Shown here: positions 25,592 through 38,255 of the stretch, piece after piece
How positions within the stretch are numbered: the stretch's first letter is position 1
Layout of the letters: every line of letters starts with the position of its first letter
NCBI RefSeq assembly: GCF_001194135.2
Contig: NC_068984.1
Location: 127,704,326 to 127,768,325 of the forward strand
Direction of reading: 5' to 3'
Length of the DNA stretch: 64,000 nt
From: Octopus bimaculoides
Lineage: Eukaryota
Position numbers and translations under genes: made by a program
Notes under the pieces: generated by a model
Told to the model about the DNA's origin: nothing
Databases searched by the model: none
Seen by the model: the letters and a program-made list of their open reading frames with translations, nothing else

Positions 25592-26950
25592 CTTTTCTAC
25601 TATAGACAAAAAGCCTGATATTCTTTTTANNNNNNNNNNNNNNNNNNNNNNNNNNNNNNNNNNNNNNNNNNNNNNNNNNNNNNNNNNNNNNNNNNNNNNN
25701 NNNNNNNNNNNNNNNNNNNNNNNNNNNNNNNNNNNNNNNNNNNNNNNNNNNNNNNNNNNNNNNNNNNNNNNNNNNNNNNNNNNNNNNNNNNNNNNNNNNN
25801 NNNNNNNNNNNNNNNNNNNNNNNNNNNNNNNNNNNNNNNNNNNNNNNNNNNNNNNNNNNNNNNNNNNNNNNNNNNNNNNNNNNNNNNNNNNNNNNNNNNN
25901 NNNNNNNNNNNNNNNNNNNNNNNNNNNNNNNNNNNNNNNNNNNNNNNNNNNNNNNNNNNNNNNNNNNNNNNNNNNNNNNNNNNNNNNNNNNNNNNNNNNN
26001 NNNNNNNNNNNNNNNNNNNNNNNNNNNNNNNNNNNNNNNNNNNNNNNNNNNNNNNNNNNNNNNNNNNNNNNNNNNNNNNNNNNNNNNNNNNNNNNNNNNN
26101 NNNNNNNNNNNNNNNNNNNNNNNNNNNNNNNNNNNNNNNNNNNNNNNNNNNNNNNNNNNNNNNNNNNNNNNNNNNNNNNNNNNNNNNNNNNNNNNNNNNN
26201 NNNNNNNNNNNNNNNNNNNNNNNNNNNNNNNNNNNNNNNNNNNNNNCCAGTACCGCCTGACTGGCCTTCGTTCCAGTGGCACATAAAAGCACCCACTACA
26301 GTCTCTGAGTGGTTGGCGTTAAGAAGGGCATCCAGCTGTAGAAACTGCCAAATCAGATTGGAGCCTGGTGTAGCCATCTGGTTCAGCAGTCCTTGGTCAA
26401 ATCGTCCAACCCATGCTAGCATGGAAAGCGGACGTTAAACGACGATGATGATGATGAATGTAAAGATGGATGAAATGCCGCTAAGCATTTTGTCCAGCAT
26501 GCTATTGATGGTAATAATAATAATTTTGCAATAAAGTCTAAAGTTTGAGAGAAGCATCGGATTTTGTTTGACTCCAGTTCTTATTTTGAAAGGTCTGAGG
26601 GTGTATCATTTGTGACTGTGTAGTTTCTACTGTAGATATGAATGTATGATATAATTGATGATGGTGCAGTTGTAGTTGATGGTGGGTTGAATATCTGCAT
26701 GAAATGATTGATGATTTGTTATTGAACAGTAATGTGATGTATAGAACATTAGGTATTTATAAATCACATTCAAATATTTCCTGCAAAAATTAAGGTGTTA
26801 TTATCTGGAGTAATGCAGAGGTTCAATGGCAAAGTAGTAACCATTTCCTGGGACTGTTATGAATATGTCATCTTTGTTATGTTATATCCTTAGGCAAGGA
26901 AACTAGCTGTTTTAGCCTGTGTCTATATTGGAAGTAGTAGTAGTTGTCTG

Positions 26951-27248
26951 GTGGAGGCGCAATGGCCCAGTGGTTAGGGCAGCAGACTTGCGGTCATAGG
27001 ATCACGGTTTCGATTCCCAGACCGGGCGTTGTGAGTGTTTATTGAGCGAAAACACCTAAAGCTCCATGAGGCTCCGGCAGGGGATGGTGGCGAACCCTGT
27101 TGTACTCTTCCACCACAACTTTCTCTCACTCTTACTTCCCGTTTCTGTTGTGCCTGTAATTCAAAGGGTCAGCCTTGTCACACTGTGTCATGCTGAAGAA
27201 TATCCCCGAGAACTATGTTAAGGGTACATGTGTCTGTGGATTGCTCAG
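26951..27248 (+). mobile_element. tRNA-derived SINE family B, young copy running into a gap
   Basis: TGGCCCAGTGG A box and GTTTCGATTCC B box followed by a non-tRNA body; many intact CpGs. Confidence 0.8.
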
Positions 27249-28890
27249 NNNNNNNNNNNNNNNNNNNNNNNNNNNNNNNNNNNNNNNNNNNNNNNNNNNN
27301 NNNNNNNNNNNNNNNNNNNNNNNNNNNNNNNNNNNNNNNNNNNNNNNNNNNNNNNNNNNNNNNNNNNNNNNNNNNNNNNNNNNNNNNNNNNNNNNNNNNN
27401 NNNNNNNNNNNNNNNNNNNNNNNNNNNNNNNNNNNNNNNNNNNNNNNNNNNNNNNNNNNNNNNNNNNNNNNNNNNNNNNNNNNNNNNNNNNNNNNNNNNN
27501 NNNNNNNNNNNNNNNNNNNNNNNNNNNNNNNNNNNNNNNNNNNNNNNNNNNNNNNNNNNNNNNNNNNNNNNNNNNNNNNNNNNNNNNNNNNNNNNNNNNN
27601 NNNNNNNNNNNNNNNNNNNNNNNNNNNNNNNNNNNNNNNNNNNNNNNNNNNNNNNNNNNNNNNNNNNNNNNNNNNNNNNNNNNNNNNNNNNNNNNNNNNN
27701 NNNNNNNNNNNNNNNNNNNNNNNNNNNNNNNNNNNNNNNNNNNNNNNNNNNNNNNNNNNNNNNNNNNNNNNNNNNNNNNNNNNNNNNNNNNNNNNNNNNN
27801 NNNNNNNNNNNNNNNNNNNNNNNNNNNNNNNNNNNNNNNNNNNNNNNNNNNNNNNNNNNNNNNNNNNNNNNNNNNNNNNNNNNNNNNNNNNNNNNNNNNN
27901 NNNNNNNNNNNNNNNNNNNNNTTGAGGGAGTGGACAATCGATGACATTACATTGTGGAGGCGCATGGCTTAGTGGTTAGGGTGTTGGTCTCATGACTGTA
28001 AGATTGTGGTCTTGATTCCTGGACTTGGTGATGTGTTATGTTCTTGAGCAAAACACTACAATAAGTTATCCATCTCAATAACAAAGAGCTGAGTAATGTG
28101 GGTTTGTTGTTTGTGAGACTTGGAATATTTTTAAATGATTGTAAAGTGTTAACTCGTCTCAGAGAATTTCTGACTAGTCACTACAAAAATGATTATGTTG
28201 TTTACTCTCATAATGTGGGAGAGAGAGGAGAGAGTGGATGAGATGACAGACAGAGAGACAGACAGGCAGACAGGTGTGTGTGTGGTGGGGTGTGCATGCA
28301 TGCGTGCGTGCGTGTGTGTGATAGAGGTAAGATGGAATGATACAAAGATGTGAATAATTCAGTAAGAAAAGTAGGTAAACGTGTATATTTAGTTGGAAAC
28401 TGAGTTTCAGAGAGAGAGAGGGGGGAGGGGGGATAAAAAGAGAGAGAGAGAGATACAGACAGATAGACAGACAGACATAGTAAAATGCAAGATAGCTGTG
28501 AATATTTGATAAGTTAATTCATTGCTGTCTCTGTCTGTTGTGGCTTCATTTTCTCATAATTAGTGATTGTATCAGGTGATTTTCCAACTGAAATTGAACT
28601 ATTGCTCTGTTAGTCTGTTCTGATAATGATTTACATGTCTTAAACCATAGATTAGTAATCTAATTCTTGTAATAAATCTTGACTTACTAACACGAAAGGC
28701 CTGAAACACAATTTGTTAGTAATCTGTTTCCATTCTGAAATGTCTTTTGTGCTGTTTAGTTTTGTTAGTCTTATATCTTTAGAGGATAAACTATCCCATA
28801 TTTTATCCCTTGGGTTAGCAATTGATTGGGGCTCTCTACTCAAATTGCTGTCAGTCATTAGGAGTCAGATATAATTGTCCACTTCCATTA

Positions 28891-29472
28891 CTCTTTACTC
28901 TTTTACTTGTTTCAGTCATTTGACTGTGGCCATGCTGGAGCACCACCTTTAGTTGAGCAAATCAATCCCAGGACTTATTCTTTGGAAGCCTAGTACTTAT
29001 TCTATCGATCTCTTTTGCAGAACCGCTAAGTTACGGGTACATAAACACACCACCATCGGTTGTCAAGCGATGGTGGGGGGGACAAACACAGACACACAAA
29101 CACACACACATATATNNNNNNNNNNNNNNNNNNNNNNNNNNNNNNNNNNNNNNNNNNNNNNNNNNNNNNNNNNNNNNNNNNNNNNNNNNNNNNNNNNNNN
29201 NNNNNNNNNNNNNNNNNNNNNNNNNNNNNNNNNNNNNNNNNNNNNNNNNNNNNNNNNNNNNNNNNNNNNNNNNNNNNNNNNNNNNNNNTATATATATATA
29301 CACATATATATGACGAGCTTCTTTCAGTTTCCGTCTACCAAATCCACTCACAAGGCTTTGGTCGGCCCGAGGCTATAGTAGAAGACACTTGCCCAAGGTG
29401 CCATGCAGTGGGACTGAACCCAGAACCATGTGGTTGGTAAGCAAGCTACTTACCACACAGCCACTCCTGCGC
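28891..29472 (-). mobile_element. SINE family A (gap in internal microsatellite)
   Basis: Tail at 28891, head ending at 29472. Confidence 0.85.
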
Positions 29473-29638
29473 TTCCATGTGTAAACTGTCTCTTAAAGTT
29501 AAGTATATTAAAGAGTATGAGAAGAGTGCATGGTAAGGGTAGACATCAGTGATTGATTTCACTGAAATAATTCTTCCTTTCTACAATAAGCTCAAGGCTT
29601 GAAATTGTAAGGGAGTGGACAATTGATGACATTACATT

Positions 29639-29890
29639 GTGGAGGCACATGACTTAGTGGTTAGGGTGTTGGACTCATGACTGTAAGATTGTGGTTTTGA
29701 TTCCTGGACTTGGTGATGTGTTGTGTTCTTGAGCAAAACACTTCATTTCATGTTGCTCTAGTTCACTCAGCTGGCAAAAGTGAGTATTCCTGCAATGGAC
29801 CAGCATCCCTTCCAGTGGGGTAGTATATATACCAGAGAATCCGGGAAACTGGTCCTTATATGTCTATATGACTTGTGAAAGAGTTTTGTC
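29639..29890 (+). mobile_element. SINE family C nested inside a family D SINE (about 29570-30065)
   Basis: GTGGAGGCACATGACTTAGTGGTTAGGG head and CACTCAGCTGGCAAAAGTGAGTA core; flanks aattgatgacatt / agttgattacatt. Other C copies at 2400-2634 (-), 41375-41600 (+), 61040-61300 (+). Confidence 0.75.
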
Positions 29891-31569
29891 CTTTATTCTT
29901 AGTTGATTACATTAACCCCAGTACTTAACTGGTACTTATTTTATTAACCCCCAAGAAAGATGAAAAGCAAAGTTGACTTTTGTGGAATTTGAACACAGAA
30001 TGTAAAGCCAGAAGAAATGCCAGTAAGCATTTTATCTAGTGTGCTAACAATTCTGCCAAGTCACTGACTCAATATTACTGAAATATTGAATATAATTGTA
30101 CCAACTAAGTCAGATACCTATCCATTACTTGCAGTAGTGTGCTTTAGCTAATAACTCAATATCTATGTTTGAACTAGAATCTGGCGTGTCTAATATTTGT
30201 GTTGACTATTCATCGCTGCATACCTTGAAATATTCTTGCTAGATGGTAGGATATCATTTGAGGTGGATTTGGCAAACATTTCTAACATGTAGAACCACGT
30301 AGTGGCTCCTTCATTGGCTCGTTTTCTTGCTATCTTTTCAAGGATTAACGTCTAGTTGTAAAAATTTTGAGTGAATAGAATATGATATCTTTAGAATAGA
30401 CAGCTGCAATAGCTGTTGTAGAGAAAGTAGTTCAACTTTGTATTGTTAATTGCTTTGTCTTTATGAAGAATTTAACTATAAAAGCTAAATGACCTGCATT
30501 GAGATGTGTACAATATCTTGTCTAACACAATGAACATCAGTAATCTCTCTTGAAGTTTTCTATTGTTATAGAAACCATTAAATAGTGTCTTCCAGTACCA
30601 ATTCTTTGAACTTGTTGTTGATTCACCTCTATCCTTTAATCTAATTGCATTAAATTATAGTTAATTATTCTGATCAGTTTAACAATACAGTATATTTATG
30701 TTGATCCTTTTGTTGTAATGTGAGGATGACAGGAATCTCCTTATTTTAAAGAGAGATTTAGATTCAGTGTTGTCTACCCTTTCAACCTCTAAGACTGGAT
30801 CCACAGCAACCACTGCGGCTTGTATTAGGAATCTGAAATTTACTTAATAGCAGAAAAGTAAACTGCAAATAGATGAGATGAGGTCAAAATAGGGTAAATG
30901 AAATATACAGTCTCTTATCCTATTCATGAATGAATTCACCCCACTTGTTGCACACTGGGGATGATGGTTTTTAAGGTGAGGGAATGTTAACTGTTAGGAT
31001 GATTGTGGAGTTGTTTTGTGGAGAGAAGTTAAACGATATATTATAAAGACATTGCAAGGATGAGGGACAGTGTTCTCTTTTCCCCCTCATCTTCACTTCA
31101 CGCTGTTGCAGTAAAAGTAATGTGAAAGTAATGAGCATCAACTGTCTCGAGTTTTGTGTTGCGTTGACAGGTACTTAACCAAACAATTGACCAGTTCTTA
31201 CAACCAACTCCATCACATAGCTATCATATATCATTTACACACTAATAGAGACTTAAGAAACATGCTGGAGGTTACTGCCTTAGAACTGTCCCTCAAGTCC
31301 CCTCCAGGAATTCAAATGATTGATTATGGGATACACTCATTAATGTCTCATTAACTGGTATAGACCCAAGCTATTGGGTCTAAAGAAGGGGAATGATATA
31401 AGTATGGTAACTACATCTGAGAACTGTACTTAACTTTCTGAGTGTTATAATTGAGAGGTTACCCCTATTATGTGGTACTACCCATAACTATTAAGAAGGT
31501 AGATAGAAGTTACAAATTTAGATGGGTTAGTCTCCATGTACCACTGTCTACAAAACTACTAATTGCTTC

Positions 31570-32257
31570 TAAGATAGGCACAAGACCAAAACATTTTGGG
31601 AAAGGAGTTAGTTAAATCATCTGCAGCACTTGGCTAGTACTTTATTTCATTGACCCCTACAAAAAGATGACAGGCAAATTTGACTTGTTAGGGATTGAAT
31701 TTAGAAAGTAAAGGGCTGCAAAGCATTTTGAACGATGCTCTAGTGGTTCTTCTAGTCCACCACACTAATAACAATGATGATTATCCTTTCTACTATAGGC
31801 ACAAGGTCTGAGATTTGGGGGAGAAGATAGTCGATTATATCGACCCCCAGTACACAGCTGGTACTTAGTCTATCGACCCTGAAAAGATGAAAGGCAAAGT
31901 GGACGTTAGTGGAATTTGAACTCGGAACATAAATAGATGAAATGCTGCTTAGCAATTTGGCCTGGTGCGCTTATGATTCTGCAAGCTCACCATCTTACTA
32001 CTACTACTACTAATAATAATAATAATAATAATAATTATAATTATAATTGTTTCTAGCATAGGTGCAAGGCCTGAACTTTGGAAGAGGAAGATAGTTATAT
32101 TGACCTCAATACTTGACAAGAAATTTATTTAGTCAGTTCCGGAGGGATAAAAGGCAAAGTTGATCTGGCAGGATTTGAACTCAGAATGTAACGAGTCAGA
32201 ACAAATATCACAAGGCATTTTTTTTCAACCACTCTAGCAATTCTGCCATTCACTGCC

Positions 32258-32260
<3 letters not shown>
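31570..32260 (-). mobile_element. Three tandem copies of SINE family D
   Basis: Repeated block GGCACAAGG..CGACCCCAGTAC..GATGAAAGGCAAAGT..GAATTTGAACTC with AAT tails. Other D copies at about 2960-3160 (+), 9130-9330, 46700-46830, 47520-47650, 54115-54200 and 54930-55150. Confidence 0.8.
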
Positions 32261-32339
<79 letters not shown>

Positions 32340-32965
32340 CATGATGATGATGATGATGATAATAAGTTTGAGAGTTAGAGCTATTGTGAATTGGTTTTGT
32401 ATCAGGATGATGTTGATTTAATGTTAGAGAAATGTTAACACGCACACACATACACACATGCTCGTGCACGCGCATGCACACACACACACATATTGTTGTG
32501 ATTATATTTATATATATAGAGCATGTGGGTAATAACCTCTAGAGTATATTTCTTTTGTGTCTTTTATATATTCCATAATTCAGAACAAACGTTGCGTAAG
32601 ATGGCTTCTTTCCCATAATGCCCCTTGACATTATTGTATGTATCTCTACTGATTATGCTACATCTCCCTCTTTTCAGTTAAACAGAAATATAGCCTTGTT
32701 TCTTTGTGTTGCCATAACCATAAATCTTTTCTTCGAAACAATATTGTCACAAAGCAATTCACTTTATCAAAACAACCTATATAAGGCATTTTCAATAAAC
32801 ATTGAACAGGATATGCACTTCCATAGTCTTTTCTTTATGCAGCAGTGTTTTTGTTCCCCTCAACACAATGTTATTTTTACTTTTTTTTTTAAATTTATTC
32901 CCCATCCCTTTCTTCATAATGCAAGTCCAGTGTAGTGGATTTAAACTACACATCTTTCAGAGCTT

Positions 32966-33249
32966 GATCTGGATTTGGTGTTTGCAGTTTCAGGACTGAC
33001 ACTGGAGCATGTTCGTATGGGTTCAGTTGTGCGTCCGATGCACTTAGCTCTGTTCATGGAAATAAGATGGTGTCTGTTTCCGTATTCAGATCCATGAAAT
33101 ATATTTACTTTCAGTGATCTGGACTAGGTGTTTATGATTTCAGGAATGACACTGGAGCGTGTTTGTATGGGTTCAGTTGTGCGTCTGATGCACTTAGCTC
33201 TGTTCATGGAAATAAGATGGTGTCTGTTTCTGCATTCAGATCCATGAAA
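32966..33249. repeat. Tandem duplication, period 150 bp
   Basis: 32966-33099 matches 33116-33249 (GATCTGGA...CAGATCCATGAAA). Confidence 0.92.
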
Positions 33250-33930
33250 CATGTCAGTTCTCTAATGTTTTTGTTCACCACAGTCGAAGTAGCTTTAGTG
33301 TCAGCTGCCCTTATCTGATTCATATATGGGAGGAGGCTCCTGACATCAGACACTCAGTGATGCTTGTTGTCTCATCAGTATTTTTCTCCTCTTTCATACT
33401 TAATCTTTACTTCTCTCCTCCTTTGGTTTAATTGTAATACTCTTCAAGTGTTGTGTGTCGAATGGTGATGGAAAGGCCAACACTCTTACGCAGTACCAGT
33501 ATTCCATTACCAATTTAGAGCAACTAAATTCATTCAGAAGTGGTGTTGATATTTATGTTAGCAAAGCAAAGTAAAGACCAGTTGCATTTTTTTAAGGACA
33601 TATTTTACAGTCTGAATTATAAATTCATCTTTGTTGTTTTTTTTGTTTTTTGGTTATCCTTGGCTGATAGTCATGTGATGAAATCTATTTGTTGTGGCAA
33701 AGCAGAGAATGCACCACTCAAAAATTGCTGCCTATTACAAATCACTCATGTCTCAGGCACTAGATGTTACACTAACATTGATCTGAAATGCACTGTAATA
33801 TCAGTGGTTGTACTGAAGGTGAGATTTGCTGTGTCAGCATATTTCAAGTATTAGACCATCACCAGTATGTATATTTTACTTTTGTATGTAAACAAATCTG
33901 CCCCTAACTTCTTTCAGGATCTGTCTAAAA

Positions 33931-34555
33931 CAACGATTCTCAACTATTTTCTATCTAATACCTTTGATACCTATTTTACTCTACTGGACTCTCATAGTCA
34001 TTCAATGTTTAACAAATCTTATTATATCTTTATATTTAAATAGGTGTTGTAAGAAGTTTGCTTCCCAACCACATGGTTCTGGGTTCAGTCCCACTGCATG
34101 GCACCATGGGCAAGTGTCTTCTACTATAACTTTGGGATGAGCAAAGCCGTGTGAGTGGATTTGGTAGATGGAAACTGAATGAAGCCCATTGTGTGTGTGT
34201 GTTTGTGTTTGTCCCCCACCAACACCATTTGACAACTGGTGTTGGTGTGCTAATGTCCCTGGAACTTAGTGGTTTGGCAAAAGAGGTTGATAAAAATAAG
34301 TACCAGGCATTACAAAAAAATAATAAGCACTAGGGGTCAATAAATTTGGCTAAAATTCTTCAAGGCGATGCCCCAGCATGAAACAAGTAAAAAGATTAAA
34401 AAATAAGATAAATTTTATTAGGAACTGTACAAAAGAAAATTGTTAAAACATTTTGTGTATTGTAGAAGTATGACCAATTTATTGCAGATAAATTTTAACT
34501 ACAAAATCTTATATGGACCCCCAAGGGTCACATAAACCCTAGTTGAGAACCACTG
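33931..34555. mobile_element. hAT (Charlie-like) MITE interrupted by a SINE at about 34040-34395
   Basis: Ends CAACGATTCTCAAC and GTTGAGAACCACTG; 8-bp flanks gtctaaaa / gtcaagaa, both one change from the NTCTAGAN target preference of Charlie elements. Confidence 0.65.
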
Positions 34556-35643
34556 GTCAAGAAGCTCTGTTTCTATATGAGTGGTTCTGCATAGCTTGTA
34601 TGTATGTTTTCTACTCTTTAGCACTAGGTCATTTAGCCACTGGCTCAAGAGTGGTTGGCACGCAGTTTGTCATGCACACTCACTGCAATTCACCACATCT
34701 TGATGATCTTCATGAAGTTTATTGAGGACAGCATTCTTTAAAGCTAAAGGAATGACTAATCTTTTATTCTTTCAGCAAAAATCTCTCATGAACCATTATG
34801 AAAGAACACATTCCAGCCAGCCAGCCAGCCAGCACTATTTGAATGTTCCTTCTGCATTGTACTTAGGCTGTCCATGACTGAAGAGTACACATCCATTTTC
34901 AAAAGTTATTTCAGTTTTGGGGGGTTTTTTTTTCAGGTAGGAAACTTATACAAGAAGATTTTCCATCATGTTGTCTACATAGATATTTCGGCTTTCCATG
35001 AACTTAGTAACTTTGTATACTGTGTTTGCCTCTATTGGTTGTTCATAACGATATGCTTGCAGTCTACAAGCTTTTTGTGGTCATTTATACATACAGGCAT
35101 GCCCATTATAGATGCCAGTGCCACATAAAATGGATTCATGCCAGTGTTGCATAAATGCACTCATGGTGGTGACACATAAAAAGCACCCAGCATACTCTGT
35201 AAAGTGGTTGGCATTAGGAAGGGCATCCAGCCATAGAAATCATGCCACAACAGACAATTGGAGACTGGACAGCTCCCTGGCTGGACAGCTCCTGTCCAAC
35301 CCCATGCCAGCATGGAAAACAGACATTAAACAATGATGATGATGAAATACATAGGAATAGCTCAGTCTTATTCAGCAATGTTGGATCCATTTGGGTAAGG
35401 CATTTGATTTCTACGTCACCTGAAAGATACACATAAATCCAAGTTTATAAGGCATTATGAGAAAACTTCAAAGTGTCTTTCTTTTGAAATTTAAAAAAAA
35501 ACTGAAATTTATCAACATGTAAAAGGTTTTAAAACAGACTTGTGAAAATGCATTTTAAATCTGATAAACTTCTTTCTTTCTTTTATTTTTATTTTTTACT
35601 ATCTTTTTGGTTAGCTGTTTCTGTTAGAGATCAATACGGAGAA

Positions 35644-35667
35644 TTATTTTATTCTTCTCAGGTAAAT
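35644..35667 (+). other. Candidate recursive splice site (AG|GT at 35661/35662)
   Basis: ttattttattcttctcag|gtaaat: good acceptor, moderate donor. Confidence 0.3.
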
Positions 35668-36138
35668 ATTCTGACAATTTCTCTTCATTAAGTTTATTTT
35701 AAACCACAACTATCTAATAATAAGTTTCTGTCTTCTCAGAACTATTTTGACAATGTTCAAAATTATCCTTCCCTGATAAAGTTTGGCTCTCATTAAGATT
35801 CCATTGTTTCTCTCATTATGGCTCCATCTTCGTCTACTCCTCCACTGGTTAAGATAACAGACTGCTTGCCAAAGCTGCAGATGACATATAATTGCTGCTT
35901 CAGAAAAGAATTGTAGTTTAAAGAATCCAAAATAAATTTAATGAATATTTACACCTTTCCTTTGATTTTGTTATTAGTTCATTGTAATTTCTCAGCTAAA
36001 TTGTATATATCAACTTTACATAGTAGGCCAGCTACTCACAACATCTATGTGTCTCTTCATATTGGTGCTAACAGATGTGTTGGCTGTTTGTTAAATTAAA
36101 CAAGCTGTGACACGTTGGTCATCTCAGTGTATGTTTAT

Positions 36139-36139
36139 T

Positions 36140-36225
<86 letters not shown>
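36139..36225. repeat. (CT)n microsatellite, representative of dozens of CA/TA/CT/AAT/GAT/ATCT/CAC tracts across the window
   Basis: Directly visible. Others include (CT)n 16630-16692, (AAT)n 32262-32338, (TTA)n 62385-62437, (ATCT)n 21777-21832 and (CAC)n 170-210 and 55320-55700. Confidence 0.97.
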
Positions 36226-36227
<2 letters not shown>

Positions 36228-36239
36228 AAAATGTTTGAG

Positions 36240-36616
36240 AACATGGCTGTGTGGTTAAGACACTTGCTTTGCTGCCACTTGATTTGTTTAGAGTTCAGTC
36301 CCACTGCATATCACCTTGAGCAAGCGTCTTCTACCATAATCCCAGACTAACCAACACTCTGTGAATGAATTTGGTAGGTGGAAACTGTGGGGAAGCCTGT
36401 CATATATATGGCTATATGTGTGTGTGTGTTTGTATCTGTGTTAGCCCNNNNNNNNNNTCATATATATGGCTATATGTGTGTGTGTGTTTGTATCTGTGTT
36501 AGCCCCCTCTTCATCATTTGACCACTGGCATTGATTTATTTACATCCCCCATGATGTACCCTTCAAGATGGTGATCCAGTATGGTTGCAGTCTAGTGACT
36601 GAAACAGATAAAAGAT
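36240..36616 (+). mobile_element. SINE family A
   Basis: Homology to 18490-18876. Confidence 0.78.
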
Positions 36617-36645
36617 ACCCCTCATCTATTCATCTTTATTTTCGT

Positions 36646-36880
36646 AAACCAGAAACACCTGTAAATTAGCACTCTTCCTGCACAAAACCAGAAACAGCTG
36701 TAAATTAGCACAATTTCTGCACCAAAACCCGAAACAGCTGTAAATTAGCACACTTCCTGCACAAAGCCAGAAACAGCTGTAAATTACTACACATTCTGCA
36801 CAAAATCAGAAACACCTATAAATTAGCACACTTCCTGCACAAAACCAGAATCGGCTGTAAATTACTATTCTTCCTGCACA
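36646..36880. repeat. 39-bp minisatellite, 6 copies
   Basis: Unit AAAACCAGAAACAGCTGTAAATTAGCACACTTCCTGCAC, directly abutting copies. Confidence 0.92.
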
Positions 36881-37950
36881 CACCATACATTACATAGCAA
36901 ATAATACAAGAAATGTTAAATGGATTGTTTGGGCCTTGGTTATTTTTAGAAAGCATGTTTAAAATGCTATAAGCTGGTTACAAGACAAAAGTGAAGACAT
37001 TTCAGAGGTTTCCCTCCAAGCCAATTAATTTGGTAACCTTGCAGAAGCTAACTTCTTCCTGCTGAAATAGTTTCAAAGACAAGAAGTAACATTTTGTACT
37101 TTACTACTTTGTTTTATACTTAAGTCTTTTTTTATTTATTTATTGCAGTCTGTCAATTTCCTTTGCCCAGTTTAGTGAAAGCTTGTCTTATCCTCTTAAA
37201 TCTTTGAGCTTGTTAAACTTGTCTGCACCTTTTACAGCTGATTTATTCCTGTTAAAAGCAACTGTGTATTTATCACTGTTTTGGTTGGTATCACTTACCT
37301 TCATCTTAATTTAAGCTACAGTTTGTTTATTGCTCGTTTTATATTTAGGCTGGTTTGTATGGTGCTTTGAGGAGCACTTTAAACTGTTATTGTATTGTTG
37401 CTGTTTTATTTTAAATAGATAATGTGGATTACAGTGTGGAGGGGAAAAAATATCAAGATATTTTTAATTTATTGTTCCTCTAAGTTAAGCTCACCAAACC
37501 AAAAATAAGTGACTTGACAAATCTTAGATGTTGCCATCAAACTATTGCAGTTATTGATTTTTGTTCCAGTTTAGCATATCATCACTTTTAGATAACAGAC
37601 TTTTTATTTATTTATTTTTTTTTTATTTTAGACTGACCTTTTTTTATTATGTATTTCAATGCTGACCTTCTTTCACTTCAGTGGTGAATGTGGTAGAATG
37701 ATGGTGGTGGTAGTGGTGTTGAGTTCCATTAAGCTATCTCACCTTTCTATTGCCTGTGGCATCACCAAAATGAAGAACCATCAAAAAAAAAAACAAAAAA
37801 ACAGTCTGTTAAATGTTTAAATATTAATGGAATAATCTAAAAAATTAAATAGTATTTCATGAAGAGGTAATTCTTTCATATATATATAGATATGTATAAT
37901 ATATCTATTTATCTATGTCTGTCTGTATCTGTACATATGTGTATGTACAG

Positions 37951-37988
<38 letters not shown>

Positions 37989-38003
37989 ATATCTCTGTAT
38001 ATA

Positions 38004-38255
38004 CAGTCGTGGCCAAAAGTTTGGAACATTTTTTAAAATTAAAATTGTTACACCCAAGTACAATTTGATTCAAATGTATACAACATAGAGATATACTTAC
38101 CAAATAACTGATCCAATGGTCCAGTTCTAATTTCCAGACCTGTGCTCCAAACTATTGGCCAAGTAATAATATATTGCAAAGTAAATATAACTTTGGGCAA
38201 TTAATATAAAAATTCTAATTTTCATATCTTTGTTCCAAACTTTTGGCCACAACCC
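38004..38255. mobile_element. Tc1-like MITE
   Basis: TA|CAGTCGTGGCCAAAAGTTTGGAACA ... TGTTCCAAACTTTTGGCCACAACCC|TA. Confidence 0.85.

Noticed and set aside
26951-27030. tRNA-like sequence (and similar SINE heads)
   Set aside because: A and B boxes are present, but I could not form a proper acceptor stem and it runs into a SINE body.
36400-36506. Exact short duplications flanking 10-N joins (also about 1925-2095 and 47847-47918)
   Set aside because: Typical contig-overlap scaffolding artefacts.
36646-36880. CRISPR-like array (also considered for 17706-18070 and 61516-61800)
   Set aside because: Eukaryotic DNA; units abut or are degenerate, with no constant repeat plus unique spacer pattern and no cas genes.
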